This document shows, in pieces, positions 19,664-29,190 of a stretch of DNA of 64,000 bases (positions are counted from its first letter, which is position 1; every line of letters begins with the position of its first letter). The stretch comes from Terrimicrobiaceae bacterium (GTDB lineage Bacteria; Verrucomicrobiota; Verrucomicrobiia; Chthoniobacterales; Terrimicrobiaceae). The notes under the pieces were generated by a model that saw only the letters and a list, made by a program, of their open reading frames with translations, made no database searches and was not told the origin of the DNA. A program made the position numbers and the translations under genes. Where the stretch lies: the NCBI GenBank assembly GCA_044342325.1, contig JBIIPZ010000005.1, forward strand, positions 1-64,000, written 5' to 3'.

Positions 19664-20554
19664 TCACGCGCGCGGGTGGAATTTTTTGATCACGGCTTGG
19701 AGGCCACTCTTTTCGATGTGGGTGTAGATTTGTGTGGTCGATATGTCCGCGTGTCCTAGCAGTTCTTGAATGACGCGGAGATCGGCGCCGCCGCCGAGGA
19801 GGTGGGTGGCGAAGCTGTGACGCATGAGGTGGGGATAGACATTCGCTTCGATGCCGGCGCGGGCGGCGTATTGTTTGATGAGCTGGCGTATGCGAGGAGT
19901 GGTGAGCTTTTTGCCCCTGACCGATAGAAAAATCTCGGCACCGGTTTTTTTGGATACGAGTTCGGGGCGTTCGCGCTGGAGGTAGGCGCGGATTGCTTCG
20001 CAGGCTGGCTGGCCGAGGGGTATAAGGCGGGTCTTTTTACCCTTCCCGGTCACGCGGATGAATGAGGCGTCGAGGTCGATGTTTTCCAGGCGTGCGTCGC
20101 AAAGTTCGGAAACGCGGAGCCCACTGGAGTAGAGCAGCTCAAATATCGCCCGGTCGCGGAGGCCGAGTGGATCATTCGGGCCGATGCTCTCGATCAGCTT
20201 CCGCACCTGCTCGACATGCAGGGCTTCGGGAAGATGTTTCTCAGGGCGAGGCAGTGTGAGCGTTTCAGCGGGATTTTCAGTCCATGCGCGGCGGGCGACC
20301 AGAAAACGGAAAAAAATCCGCACGGCTACAGCATCGATCCGCACCGAGGAGGCCTGGAGCCCAGACCGCTTGCGGGAGACGAGAAAATCGGTGATCTGCT
20401 GCGGCTCGACCAGCCTCCACTCGCGCGTCTGCGTGTGTTTTTCCAACCAAGCAGAGAAGGCTTCCAGTGAGCGCTGCACGAGCAATTGGTAGCTCTCGGA
20501 AAGCCCCCGTTCGGTGGCCAGATACATGAGAAACTCCTCGATATCTTCAGACAT
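19664..20554 (-). CDS. xerD: Site-specific tyrosine recombinase XerD (XerC/D family)
   Basis: ERGLS, LGLRDRAIFELLYSSGLRVSEL, VTGKGKKTR, PHLMRHSFATHLL.GGADLRVIQELLGHADISTTQIYTH, C-terminal FHPRA. Confidence 0.9.
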   Translation of the reverse strand: MSEDIEEFLMYLATERGLSESYQLLVQRSLEAFSAWLEKHTQTREWRLVEPQQITDFLVSRKRSGLQASSVRIDAVAVRIFFRFLVARRAWTENPAETLTLPRPEKHLPEALHVEQVRKLIESIGPNDPLGLRDRAIFELLYSSGLRVSELCDARLENIDLDASFIRVTGKGKKTRLIPLGQPACEAIRAYLQRERPELVSKKTGAEIFLSVRGKKLTTPRIRQLIKQYAARAGIEANVYPHLMRHSFATHLLGGGADLRVIQELLGHADISTTQIYTHIEKSGLQAVIKKFHPRA

Positions 20555-20680
20555 GACGGGCGTCATTCTCCGGCTTTCTCGCGCTCGCGGCAAGACGGCT
20601 TCCGATCCGCGGGCGGGTGAAATTTGGTTCGCCCTCGACGCGGTGTGTCTGGGCGTCGATAAAGAGGGCTCGCTTCTTCT

Positions 20681-23056
20681 ATGGCCGCTGACGACCGCTC
20701 GATTTTAGACAAATATCTTTCCCGGTGGCGGTGGGTTTTGTTGGCCTTGCTTCTTCTTGCAACTGGACTGGGCCTGAGCCGCATTCGGGTGGATGCCAAT
20801 GTGCTCGATCTCCTTCCGCCGGACCTTGTCGCAGTGCGTGGGCTTAAAATTTTTCTTGGGCATTTCGGGCAACCGCGCGAGTTGATCGTGATGGTCGAGG
20901 CCAGCGACCCGGCTGAGGCGGGCGCCCTGGTTGATTCGTTAGCTGATGACCTCCGCGCCACTTACACGCTGGTCGTGCACAGCGCTCCGCCATGGGCGAC
21001 TGATCCGCGCGAGCTTGTGCCTCTGGCGGCCTACGCACTTCTCAATCAGGAGCCGAAAAAATTTCACGCAACACTCGAGAAACTCTCCCCCGCAGTTGCG
21101 AGTTCCCGCGCCTCGGAAGCTGTCGAGCGTCTTGGGACGACTGTGGCTCCGGAGGAATTAGCGCGTCTTGCATACGATCCGCTGAATCTTCTCTCCGCGC
21201 TGCCATCCACCGCTGCACCGGATCTGGCGAACCGCGAGTTTTCCTCCTTGGACGGCCGCACGCGGCTTCTCTATGTCACGCCGCTTGCACAAACGCCTTC
21301 GAAGGATTGGGTCGCAGAAACAACCAAGCGCATTCAGGAATGGCAGTCCGCCTCGCCCGAACGACTTGCGGCCCGTGTGGGATGGACCGGCGAGCCCGCT
21401 TTCGTGCAGGAAATATCCAGCGCCATGGAACAAGATATGCGTTGGTCGTCCATTTCCTCACTGGCCTTTGCGGCGATCATTTTTTTCCTGGCCCACCGGC
21501 GTCTGCGTCCACTGTGGGGTTTGCTTTTTTATGTAAGCTGCAGCTTTGCCATCGCCCTTGGGTTGACGGCGCTTGTTTTTCCCGGTCTTTCGATCATCAG
21601 CGTCGGCTTCGCCGCCATCCTGGCAGGCCTGACAGTCGATTACGGCTTCATTCTCTACCAACGCCGCATTGAGCACGGCGGAACCTTGCAGGAACTCCGC
21701 GCCGCCACATCGCCCAGCATCTTGGCCGGTGCGGTAACCACGGCCGCAGCGTTTCTAAGCCTGAACCTTTCGGGCCTGCCGGGCATTTCCCAACTCGGCA
21801 CGACCGTCGCCATCGGAGTGCTCGCTGGCGCGCTTCTCATGATTTTTTTCTATGCGAGGGATCTCCACAAGATGCGGCTTCCCTCCCCCGGTCCGCTGCG
21901 TCCCTTGCCTCGGCATCTGCTCCTCGCAGGCAAAGCCTGCGCGCTGCTTACCCTTCTTACTGCCGCTTGCACACTCGTTTTTCTGGGCTTTCCCCGGTGG
22001 ACGGCGGATACGAATTCCATGCGACCCCGTGAGAGTGTGGCGTATCCCACGTTGGACAGGCTTGGACTCGCGCTGGGCAATGATCACGAAATTCTGAATG
22101 TCATTGTTTCAGGGCCGTCGGAATCGATTGTTTCCGAAAAACTCGCTGTCGCCCGGGCATCCCTCACACAGGCTCTGAAGGAAGGGCTGCTCTCGAGCTT
22201 CGAGTTGCCTGATACACTGTGGCCGCAGGAGAAATTTTTAAAAACCAATCTCGCTTCGGCCGTCGCTGCGACATCTCAAAAACAACCGCTCTGTGACTTG
22301 CTCACGGAAGCGGGCTTTTCGGAAACTGGCACATTTCTCACCGGCGGCCTTCTCGATCAATGGCAGGCGTGGCAGGCCGCCAGCACATCTCCTCTGCCAG
22401 AGAATACCGCTTTTCACTGGATCGCGAGGCGCACGATGAGTCTGGGCGGACCGGAGTTCGCCGCTTGTGGAGTGGCTATCGAGTCCGGCAAAAATCCCGC
22501 TGCTGTCACAGCGCTTATTAACTCGCTGGCTGCGCAGGGCATTTACCTAACCGGGTGGCACAAGCTAGGCGAAGCCCTCTCGCAGCACGCCCTCGGCCAT
22601 GGATTGCTGGCTGGCGCCGCCTTTCTGGCGGTCCTCTTTGGAGCACTATTCCTCTCGCTCCGCAATCTGCGCGACACCCTGCTCGTCCTTGGGACCACAG
22701 GAATGAGCCTGATCTCCATGACAGGCTTGATGCGACTTTTTTCACTCGAATGGAATTTTCTAAACCTCTGCTCCGTGACGCTGACGATTGGTGCCGGAGT
22801 GGACTACAGCATCCACATGATCTTTGCCCTCCGGCAAAACAGCGGCGATGCGGCCGCAGCCTTCCGGGAGGTTGGCAAAGCCCTCGGCCTCTGCGCGGCC
22901 ACGACCGTTGTGGGATTCGGCTCCCTCGCCACCGCGCAGACTGTTGGATTGGCATCACTCGGCATCAACTGCGCGCTGGGTGTTGCCCTGAACGCGCTGT
23001 TCGCCTTATTTCTCCTTCCTTTGATGTGGCGCAGGCGTTTCGCTTCCCGATCCTAA
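20681..23056 (+). CDS. MMPL/RND superfamily membrane exporter
   Basis: Two TM repeats with GLTVDYG and GAGVDYSIH motifs separated by large soluble loops. Confidence 0.85.
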   Translation: MAADDRSILDKYLSRWRWVLLALLLLATGLGLSRIRVDANVLDLLPPDLVAVRGLKIFLGHFGQPRELIVMVEASDPAEAGALVDSLADDLRATYTLVVHSAPPWATDPRELVPLAAYALLNQEPKKFHATLEKLSPAVASSRASEAVERLGTTVAPEELARLAYDPLNLLSALPSTAAPDLANREFSSLDGRTRLLYVTPLAQTPSKDWVAETTKRIQEWQSASPERLAARVGWTGEPAFVQEISSAMEQDMRWSSISSLAFAAIIFFLAHRRLRPLWGLLFYVSCSFAIALGLTALVFPGLSIISVGFAAILAGLTVDYGFILYQRRIEHGGTLQELRAATSPSILAGAVTTAAAFLSLNLSGLPGISQLGTTVAIGVLAGALLMIFFYARDLHKMRLPSPGPLRPLPRHLLLAGKACALLTLLTAACTLVFLGFPRWTADTNSMRPRESVAYPTLDRLGLALGNDHEILNVIVSGPSESIVSEKLAVARASLTQALKEGLLSSFELPDTLWPQEKFLKTNLASAVAATSQKQPLCDLLTEAGFSETGTFLTGGLLDQWQAWQAASTSPLPENTAFHWIARRTMSLGGPEFAACGVAIESGKNPAAVTALINSLAAQGIYLTGWHKLGEALSQHALGHGLLAGAAFLAVLFGALFLSLRNLRDTLLVLGTTGMSLISMTGLMRLFSLEWNFLNLCSVTLTIGAGVDYSIHMIFALRQNSGDAAAAFREVGKALGLCAATTVVGFGSLATAQTVGLASLGINCALGVALNALFALFLLPLMWRRRFASRS

Positions 23057-23172
23057 AGCCGTTTCATGGTGGACGAGACGCCGAATCCACAACGAATTAC
23101 CATGCCGTCCGTCGAAATCGCTCAGGATGCTTTACAAGCTGGCGTGGGATGCTAACTTTTACCACTCAGCAG

Positions 23173-23246
<74 letters not shown>

Positions 23247-23359
23247 TTTTTTTCTGCCACCATGCCGTTGAAGACGATTCCACTCTTCTTGGAATCACCA
23301 ATTTTACCATTCGGCAGGACCTGCGGATTGCGGAAAAAAAGGCCTGCGGGTGGCCCGAA

Positions 23360-24379
23360 TTATTCCGGCAGCAAGAGCCTAGCAACACGCCGGAGCTGCG
23401 GGCCGGGGTTCATTTTGACGCGGAGTGGGGTAACTTTCACGGAATCGCCATCGGATTCCAGCAGCCACGAAAAAATGGCGACAGGCGGATTCGTTTCCGA
23501 AAGTGGGCCGTCGACAGAACGCCATTCGCCGAATCGCCAGTCGCTGACCACCCAGCCCTGATCGGTTTTTCTCACGCTGAAAAATCCATCCGAGAACCAC
23601 TCGAGGCGGCGGGCTGGACGAGATTCGGCGATGGGCGCGAGGGCCTCGTGGTTTTTCGGGATGAAATCGAATGATGGCCGCTCGTTGGGTTTCAAAAGCG
23701 AGTGGTAGGTGATGACGAAGTCCTTCTCGCGCTCCGCGACGCCGCGCCAAAGAAGCGTGTTGAACGGGGTCGGGGTGGATATGAAGCGTCGTGCTTCGAT
23801 GCCAGCTGAGGTGAGATTATCGCGCATGCGGGATTCGGCGGTGGATTTCGCCCCAAGGCTCCAGACGACGTAGAGCGAGGCGAGGACGACTCCCGTAGTA
23901 TTCGCCCACACCCGCAAGCGAGGGTGGCTTTTCGCAAACCATGCGATGGCCACTCCAAGCAGGAGCGGCGCAGTGAAAAGGGGATCGATAATGAAGAGAT
24001 TGTTCCAACCCGCGCGGAAATCGCTAAATGGCTTGAAGACCATCGTTCCGTAGACGGTGAAAACATCAATGAGCACATGGGTGGATAAAATGGCGAAAAC
24101 GGTGAGCGCCGCTCTGAGGGTGGTGACGCCTCCCTTGTGAAGACACGCGATCAGCCAGCCGAAAAATGGCGAGGCGATGGCTATGACCAAAAGCGAATGC
24201 GACCATCCACGATGCCACTCGAGCTCCTGGATATGATCGAGCCAAGGGTTCATGACGAGATCGAGATCGGGAAGGGTTCCAAGCGCAACACCCCACACGA
24301 TGGCCTTGTTGCAGAGGCGTCTTCCCATGCCAGCCTCGGCGACGGCAGCACCAAGGGCGGCTTGGGTGATCGAATCCAC
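23360..24379 (-). CDS. Membrane-bound metal-dependent hydrolase (YdjM/DUF457 family)
   Basis: From GTG 24379: MDSITQAALGAAV...LPDLD...HRGWSHS...HVLID.FT.YGT...FIIDP. The ORF-track N-terminal extension overlaps the next gene and is unlikely to be real. Confidence 0.88.
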   Translation of the reverse strand: MDSITQAALGAAVAEAGMGRRLCNKAIVWGVALGTLPDLDLVMNPWLDHIQELEWHRGWSHSLLVIAIASPFFGWLIACLHKGGVTTLRAALTVFAILSTHVLIDVFTVYGTMVFKPFSDFRAGWNNLFIIDPLFTAPLLLGVAIAWFAKSHPRLRVWANTTGVVLASLYVVWSLGAKSTAESRMRDNLTSAGIEARRFISTPTPFNTLLWRGVAEREKDFVITYHSLLKPNERPSFDFIPKNHEALAPIAESRPARRLEWFSDGFFSVRKTDQGWVVSDWRFGEWRSVDGPLSETNPPVAIFSWLLESDGDSVKVTPLRVKMNPGPQLRRVARLLLPE

Positions 24380-24407
24380 AACAGCGAAATCCGGCGGGCG
24401 TCCGGAA

Positions 24408-25478
24408 CTACTCCAGCGTGTCGTCCAATGCCGCGAGCAAGGTTGCGATGGTTTCGCTCGTCTCGTCGCCCATGTTGGAAATGCGGAAGGTTTTTCCCTT
24501 GAGCTTGCCGTAGCCTCCATCGATGACGAAGCGATGTTTCTCGCGGAGGCGTTTGATCCAGGCCGCGACATCGATGTCGCGGTTGTTTTTCACACAGGTC
24601 AGGGAGAGCGAGCGGCGCCCTTCGGGGGCGAAGAACTCGAATCCACGGGCAGACACCCACTCGTGCACCTGTGCGTTGAGCGCCGCGTGGCGCGCGTGGC
24701 GTGCTTCGACGCCTTCGCTGAAAATATCATCCAGCTTGGACTCGAGCGCATAGATCAGCGAAATCGCCGGCGTGCTGGGCGTCATGTCCTGCTCCTGGTT
24801 TTTAGCAAACTCGACGAAGTCGAAATAGTAGCCACGATCCTTGATCGACTCGGCGCGTTTCATTGCGCGCTCGGAAACGGCGAAGAGGGCCAGACCCGGA
24901 GGCATGGCCAGCGCTTTCTGGCTGCCAGTGAGCAACACATCGATGCCGAGTTCATCCATCGGAATCGGCTGCGTGGAAAATGACGAGACGCTGTCGACAA
25001 TAAACATCACCTCGGGGAACTCGCGGAGCACGGCTGCGATTTCGGGAAGAGGGTTGCGCACGCCGCAGGAAGTTTCGTTGTGGATGAGAGTGAATGTATC
25101 GAATCCACCCTCGGAGAGTTTCGCGCGGATCATGTCCGGCTCGATGGACTGTCCCCACTCGACTTGGAGATCCGCTGCTTCTTTGCCGCAGCGCTTGCTG
25201 ACATCAAACCACTTGTCGGAAAACGCACCGCACATTCCGTTGAGGACTTTTTTCGCCGTGAGATTCCGGATCGCTCCCTCCATGACGCCCCATGCGGAGG
25301 AAGTGGAGAGAAAGACCGGGCGCTGGGTGCCGAAGAGGGTCTGAAGGCGGGGTTGGATGCCACCGTAGAGTTTTTTGAACTCCGATCCGCGGTGGCCGAT
25401 CATCGGCGCGCACATGGCGCGGAAGGTTTTTTCGGAAACTTCGATCGGACCTGGAATGAAGAGCTTGATGTGTGACAT
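24408..25478 (-). CDS. PLP-dependent class V aminotransferase (alanine-glyoxylate/serine-pyruvate family)
   Basis: LFIPGP, IGHR, HNETSCG, VDSVSS, GSQKALAMPPG (PLP lysine), FRISNMG. Confidence 0.92.
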   Translation of the reverse strand: MSHIKLFIPGPIEVSEKTFRAMCAPMIGHRGSEFKKLYGGIQPRLQTLFGTQRPVFLSTSSAWGVMEGAIRNLTAKKVLNGMCGAFSDKWFDVSKRCGKEAADLQVEWGQSIEPDMIRAKLSEGGFDTFTLIHNETSCGVRNPLPEIAAVLREFPEVMFIVDSVSSFSTQPIPMDELGIDVLLTGSQKALAMPPGLALFAVSERAMKRAESIKDRGYYFDFVEFAKNQEQDMTPSTPAISLIYALESKLDDIFSEGVEARHARHAALNAQVHEWVSARGFEFFAPEGRRSLSLTCVKNNRDIDVAAWIKRLREKHRFVIDGGYGKLKGKTFRISNMGDETSETIATLLAALDDTLE

Positions 25479-25577
25479 GGCAAAAAAGTGAACTGTTCAT
25501 GTTACGGCTGACACAAGGCGGATGACGAAGAAATTTTGCAATCCGGCACGCCTGACGCCAAGATTCTCCCCATCCCA

Positions 25578-26699
25578 ATGGCCGCAAAAAAAACCACATC
25601 AGCGATTCATTTCATCAGCGGTTCGGACGATGCCGCCGTGAAGAAAGCCGCCTCTGAACTCGCTGCCAAGCTGGCTCCCGGAGCGGATGCTTTTGGTTTA
25701 GAGATCATCGACGGCGCGGTGGAAACGGTGGATGCCTCGATCGCCCGCATGCGGGAGACAATGCAGTCCCTCGCCACGATGCCCTTTCTTGGCGGCACGA
25801 AGCTTGTGTGGCTAAAAAGTGCAGCCTTCCTCGCCGACAGCGTGGCGGGGCGTTCAGAAAATGTCATCACGGTCGTCGAGCAGCTTTGCGACTTGCTGGA
25901 TGAAGGCCTCCCCGACGGGGTTACTTTTTTGTTTAGCGCGCCGGGCGCGGACAAGCGCCGCTCGGCCTACAAACGCCTTTCCAAAGCAGGAAGCACGATC
26001 CTCCACGACAAACCCTCGCTGGGATTCGGTGCGGGAGAGGAGGAAATTATCACCTGGACGATGCAGCAAGTGCGGGCGCGCGGGTTGAAAATTTCGGCGG
26101 ATGCCGTCGAGGTGCTTGCCGCCCGCGTGGGGCTGGATTCCGCACAACTCTACAGCGAACTCGATAAAATCGAGGCGGCCTTCGGGCCTGGCCACCCCAT
26201 TGGCGAGCGCGATGTTCGTGATCTCGTGCCTGCGACCCGCGAGAGCGGCGTATTCGATATTGGCAATGCCATTTCCGCCCGCAACCTCCCGCTGGCTCTT
26301 GAAACGCTCGAGCAACTTTTTTACCAAGGAGAAAAAGGCGTTGGCATCCTGCTGGCATCCATCGTCCCGACCGTTCGAAATCTTCTCCTCGCGAAAAGCC
26401 TGCTCATTCGGCACAAGCTCCGCCCGCCGGCCGAGCCCCAGTTTTTTTCAAGCACGCTCGCCAAACTCCCTTCTGGGGAAACCGATTTTCTGCCTCGCAA
26501 GAAGGACGGCAGCATCAACGCCTATGGCATAGGCATCGCCGCCAAAAACTCAGTGCACTACTCGCTCGAAGAGCTCCAGCGCGCTTTCCACGGCTGCGCC
26601 GATGCGAATCTTCAACTCATCACCAGCCAAGGCGCGGAGGATGTCGTTCTGACACGCCTCCTCATCGGCTTCATGGGCAGGCCGACAGAGAGTGTTTAG
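25578..26699 (+). CDS. holA: DNA polymerase III subunit delta
   Basis: TMPFLGGTKLVWLK, ADKR...YK, GLKISADAVEVLAARVG.D...L.SELDK, FDIGNAI pattern. Start taken at ATG 25578. Confidence 0.85.
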   Translation: MAAKKTTSAIHFISGSDDAAVKKAASELAAKLAPGADAFGLEIIDGAVETVDASIARMRETMQSLATMPFLGGTKLVWLKSAAFLADSVAGRSENVITVVEQLCDLLDEGLPDGVTFLFSAPGADKRRSAYKRLSKAGSTILHDKPSLGFGAGEEEIITWTMQQVRARGLKISADAVEVLAARVGLDSAQLYSELDKIEAAFGPGHPIGERDVRDLVPATRESGVFDIGNAISARNLPLALETLEQLFYQGEKGVGILLASIVPTVRNLLLAKSLLIRHKLRPPAEPQFFSSTLAKLPSGETDFLPRKKDGSINAYGIGIAAKNSVHYSLEELQRAFHGCADANLQLITSQGAEDVVLTRLLIGFMGRPTESV

Positions 26700-26718
26700 G
26701 AATGCCCGTTCCCAATCC

Positions 26719-28746
26719 ATGAACGAAACAACCGAACAATCCAGAGTCCGTCTGGCTGAAGAAGGCAAGGAACCTTGGATGCTCTTGGGTCCTTACCTGA
26801 GCGAGCGGGCTTGGGCCACGGTGCGCGAGGACTACAGCCCCGACGGGGAGGCTTGGAGCTATTTTCCCCACGAGCATGCTCGCTTCCGCACCTACCGATG
26901 GAGCGAAGACGGCATCGGCGGCGTGAGCGATGACAAGCAGCACCTCTGCCTCGCCCACGCCTTCTGGAATGGGCGAGATCCGATTCTGAAAGAGCGGATG
27001 TTTGGCCTGACCGGCTCGGAGGGCAACCACGGCGAGGATGTGAAGGAGGCGTTCTTCTATCTCGATAGCACTCCGACACACAGCTACATGCGGATGAACT
27101 ACAAGTATCCCCATGCCGAGTTTCCCTACGCCGCGTTGATTGAAGAGAACCGCAAGCGCTCCCGCACCGAGCCGGAATTTGAGCTCTGGGACACCGGCAT
27201 CTTCGCAGATGACCGATACTTCGATATCGACATCGAATACGCCAAGGCCTCGCCGGAGGATCTGTTGTGTCGAATCACTGTGCGCAACATGGGCCCCGAC
27301 CCCGCGCCGATCCATGTGCTGCCGACCCTCTGGTTTCGAAACACCTGGAGCTGGGGACGCGATGACACGAAGCCTTGGATCAAACGCGAAGAAGAATCTG
27401 GGAAGGCTTTTGCGCGTTGCTCCCATGCGACTGCCGGAACCTACGAGCTGCATGCGGACCTCGCGCAGGACTGGTTGTTTTCCGAAAACGAAACGAATTT
27501 CCAACACCTCTACGGCAGCCCGAACGCATCGCCTTTTACAAAAGACGCCTTCCACCGACGCGTCATCCATGGCGACCGCTCAGCGGTGAATCCCGACCAT
27601 GAGGGAACCAAGGCCGCTGCGGTCTTTCATCGGATTGTGGGACCTGGCGAAGCCTACGAGATACGGCTCAGACTTTTGAGACCAAGCGCGGAGCGCTCGT
27701 GTGGACCATTTGAGGATTTTGACACTGTCTTCCAGTCGCGCATCAAGGAGGCTGATGAATTTTACGCCGCCGTGCAGCCTGCTCAGATGAGACCGGATGA
27801 ACGGCTCTTGCAGCGCCAAGCGCTCGCGGGCATGATGTGGGGAAAGCAATTTTTCCACTACATTGTGGATGACTGGCTGGAGGGTGATCCTTCCATGCCG
27901 AAGCCGCCGGAGAGCCGGAAAAAATTGCGCAACAGCCATTGGCGCCATCTCTACAACGAGCGCGTCATGTCGATGACCGATCCGTGGGAATACCCATGGT
28001 ATGCTGCATGGGACCTTGCCTTCCACTGCGTGCCGATCTCGCTCATCGACCCCGGCTTTGCCAAGAGCCAACTCGATTTGCTGACCCGCGAGTGGTATCA
28101 GCATCCGAACGGGCAGATTCCCGCCTACGAGTGGAACTTCAGCGACGTAAATCCCCCGGTCTTCGCCTGGGCGGCTTGGCGGGTTTACAAAATGGAGGAG
28201 CAACAACCGCCGAAAGCCGTGATGGTCACCGCCCACGCAGAGCATGCCATCCAGGCCTTCGACATCGAAGCGGTTGACTACCTACTCAAGCCGGTCAAAC
28301 CAACCCGCTTCGCCCAAGCCGTGCAGCGCCTGCAGGCCGCTTGCGCCCCGACGCTGGTCCCCAACACGGAGCCCACCTTCTCGCCCGAAGACCACATCTG
28401 CCTTCGCACGCCCCAGCGGACTATCACCGTCCCCGTTAGCGACATCCTCGTGCTTCAAGCGGAAGGCGACTTCACGCGCATTTACTTGAAAAACGCCACG
28501 CCTCTCATGATCTGCGTGCCACTCGGGCAATACGAAAAACTCCTCCCCTCTCCGCCCTTCGCACGACTCGACCGCTCCCTCATCCTTAACCTCCAAACCC
28601 CTCTCAACCTCCGCCGCAAATCCCGCGATGAAGCCTCCCTCGTCTTCGACAAAGCAAATCACGAAATCCCCCTCGGCCGCACTGCCCAACAACGCCTCCG
28701 CGATGCACTCAAGCAAAGTGGCAACAACGCCACAATGCAGCTCTGA
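26719..28746 (+). CDS. Chimeric ORF: N-terminal ~490 aa of a GH63/MGH1-like glucosidase fused in frame to a partial receiver + LytTR DNA-binding domain
   Basis: GPYLSERAWATVREDYS, KERMFGLTGSEGNHGEDVKE, WEYPWYAAWDLAFH and YEWNFSDVNPPVFAWAAWRVY are followed abruptly at ~28200 by PPKAVMVTAHAEHAIQAFDIEAVDYLLKPV...LQAEGDFT...FARLDRSLILN. Confidence 0.85.
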   Translation: MNETTEQSRVRLAEEGKEPWMLLGPYLSERAWATVREDYSPDGEAWSYFPHEHARFRTYRWSEDGIGGVSDDKQHLCLAHAFWNGRDPILKERMFGLTGSEGNHGEDVKEAFFYLDSTPTHSYMRMNYKYPHAEFPYAALIEENRKRSRTEPEFELWDTGIFADDRYFDIDIEYAKASPEDLLCRITVRNMGPDPAPIHVLPTLWFRNTWSWGRDDTKPWIKREEESGKAFARCSHATAGTYELHADLAQDWLFSENETNFQHLYGSPNASPFTKDAFHRRVIHGDRSAVNPDHEGTKAAAVFHRIVGPGEAYEIRLRLLRPSAERSCGPFEDFDTVFQSRIKEADEFYAAVQPAQMRPDERLLQRQALAGMMWGKQFFHYIVDDWLEGDPSMPKPPESRKKLRNSHWRHLYNERVMSMTDPWEYPWYAAWDLAFHCVPISLIDPGFAKSQLDLLTREWYQHPNGQIPAYEWNFSDVNPPVFAWAAWRVYKMEEQQPPKAVMVTAHAEHAIQAFDIEAVDYLLKPVKPTRFAQAVQRLQAACAPTLVPNTEPTFSPEDHICLRTPQRTITVPVSDILVLQAEGDFTRIYLKNATPLMICVPLGQYEKLLPSPPFARLDRSLILNLQTPLNLRRKSRDEASLVFDKANHEIPLGRTAQQRLRDALKQSGNNATMQL

Positions 28747-28795
28747 AAATCTTGCCATACGCAGAGAAGCGCGAGTCAGGCGCGGGGCGCTTTTA

Positions 28796-28845
28796 TGGGA
28801 GGGTCATCGTCTCGCATGACCCATTTTTCAGCCGTGCAGCGGCGT
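28796..28845. repeat. REP-like palindromic element (module B, empty hairpin)
   Basis: TGGGAGGGTCATCGTCTCGCATGACCCATTTTTCAGCCGTGCAGCGGCGT between convergent genes. Confidence 0.8.
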
Positions 28846-28964
28846 GCAGGCTACCGGTGCGGAAACTTCCATGGCGCGCTTTGCGCAAACCCCATCCGTC
28901 TGCACGAAGGCCCTTCCCTGAATTCTCTCAATTTTGCCAATTTAATCTAAAAAATCGCTGCCGA

Positions 28965-29171
28965 TTAAGGCTTTTTGCGGCGGGCTCGGATGGCGAGGGT
29001 CAACATGAAGACTCCGAAGACCAGGAGCAAAATGCCCCATTGGAGGTTGATGTTGTCTCCGAGGGATTTTTTGTAGATTTCCGAGCCGTTGCTGACAGCG
29101 CCGAAAACAGTGAGGATGGCGCCGTAAGCGGTGAAGAGGATGCCGATGGGGAAGCGTAGGTCGAAGTCCAT
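28965..29171 (-). CDS. Small two-TM membrane protein associated with the SSS transporter
   Basis: MDFDLRFPIGILFTAYGAILTVFG...NINLQWGILLLVFGVFML; 19 bp downstream of the symporter. Confidence 0.8.
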   Translation of the reverse strand: MDFDLRFPIGILFTAYGAILTVFGAVSNGSEIYKKSLGDNINLQWGILLLVFGVFMLTLAIRARRKKP

Positions 29172-29190
29172 AGTTTTAGGGTTCTTAAGT

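Noticed and set aside
18892..20554. Tyrosine recombinase next to a TA pair read as an integron or prophage integrase
   Set aside because: The protein has XerD-like length and motifs (LGLRDRA, C-terminal HPRA) and no visible IntI-specific insertion. No attC-like sites or phage genes are nearby.
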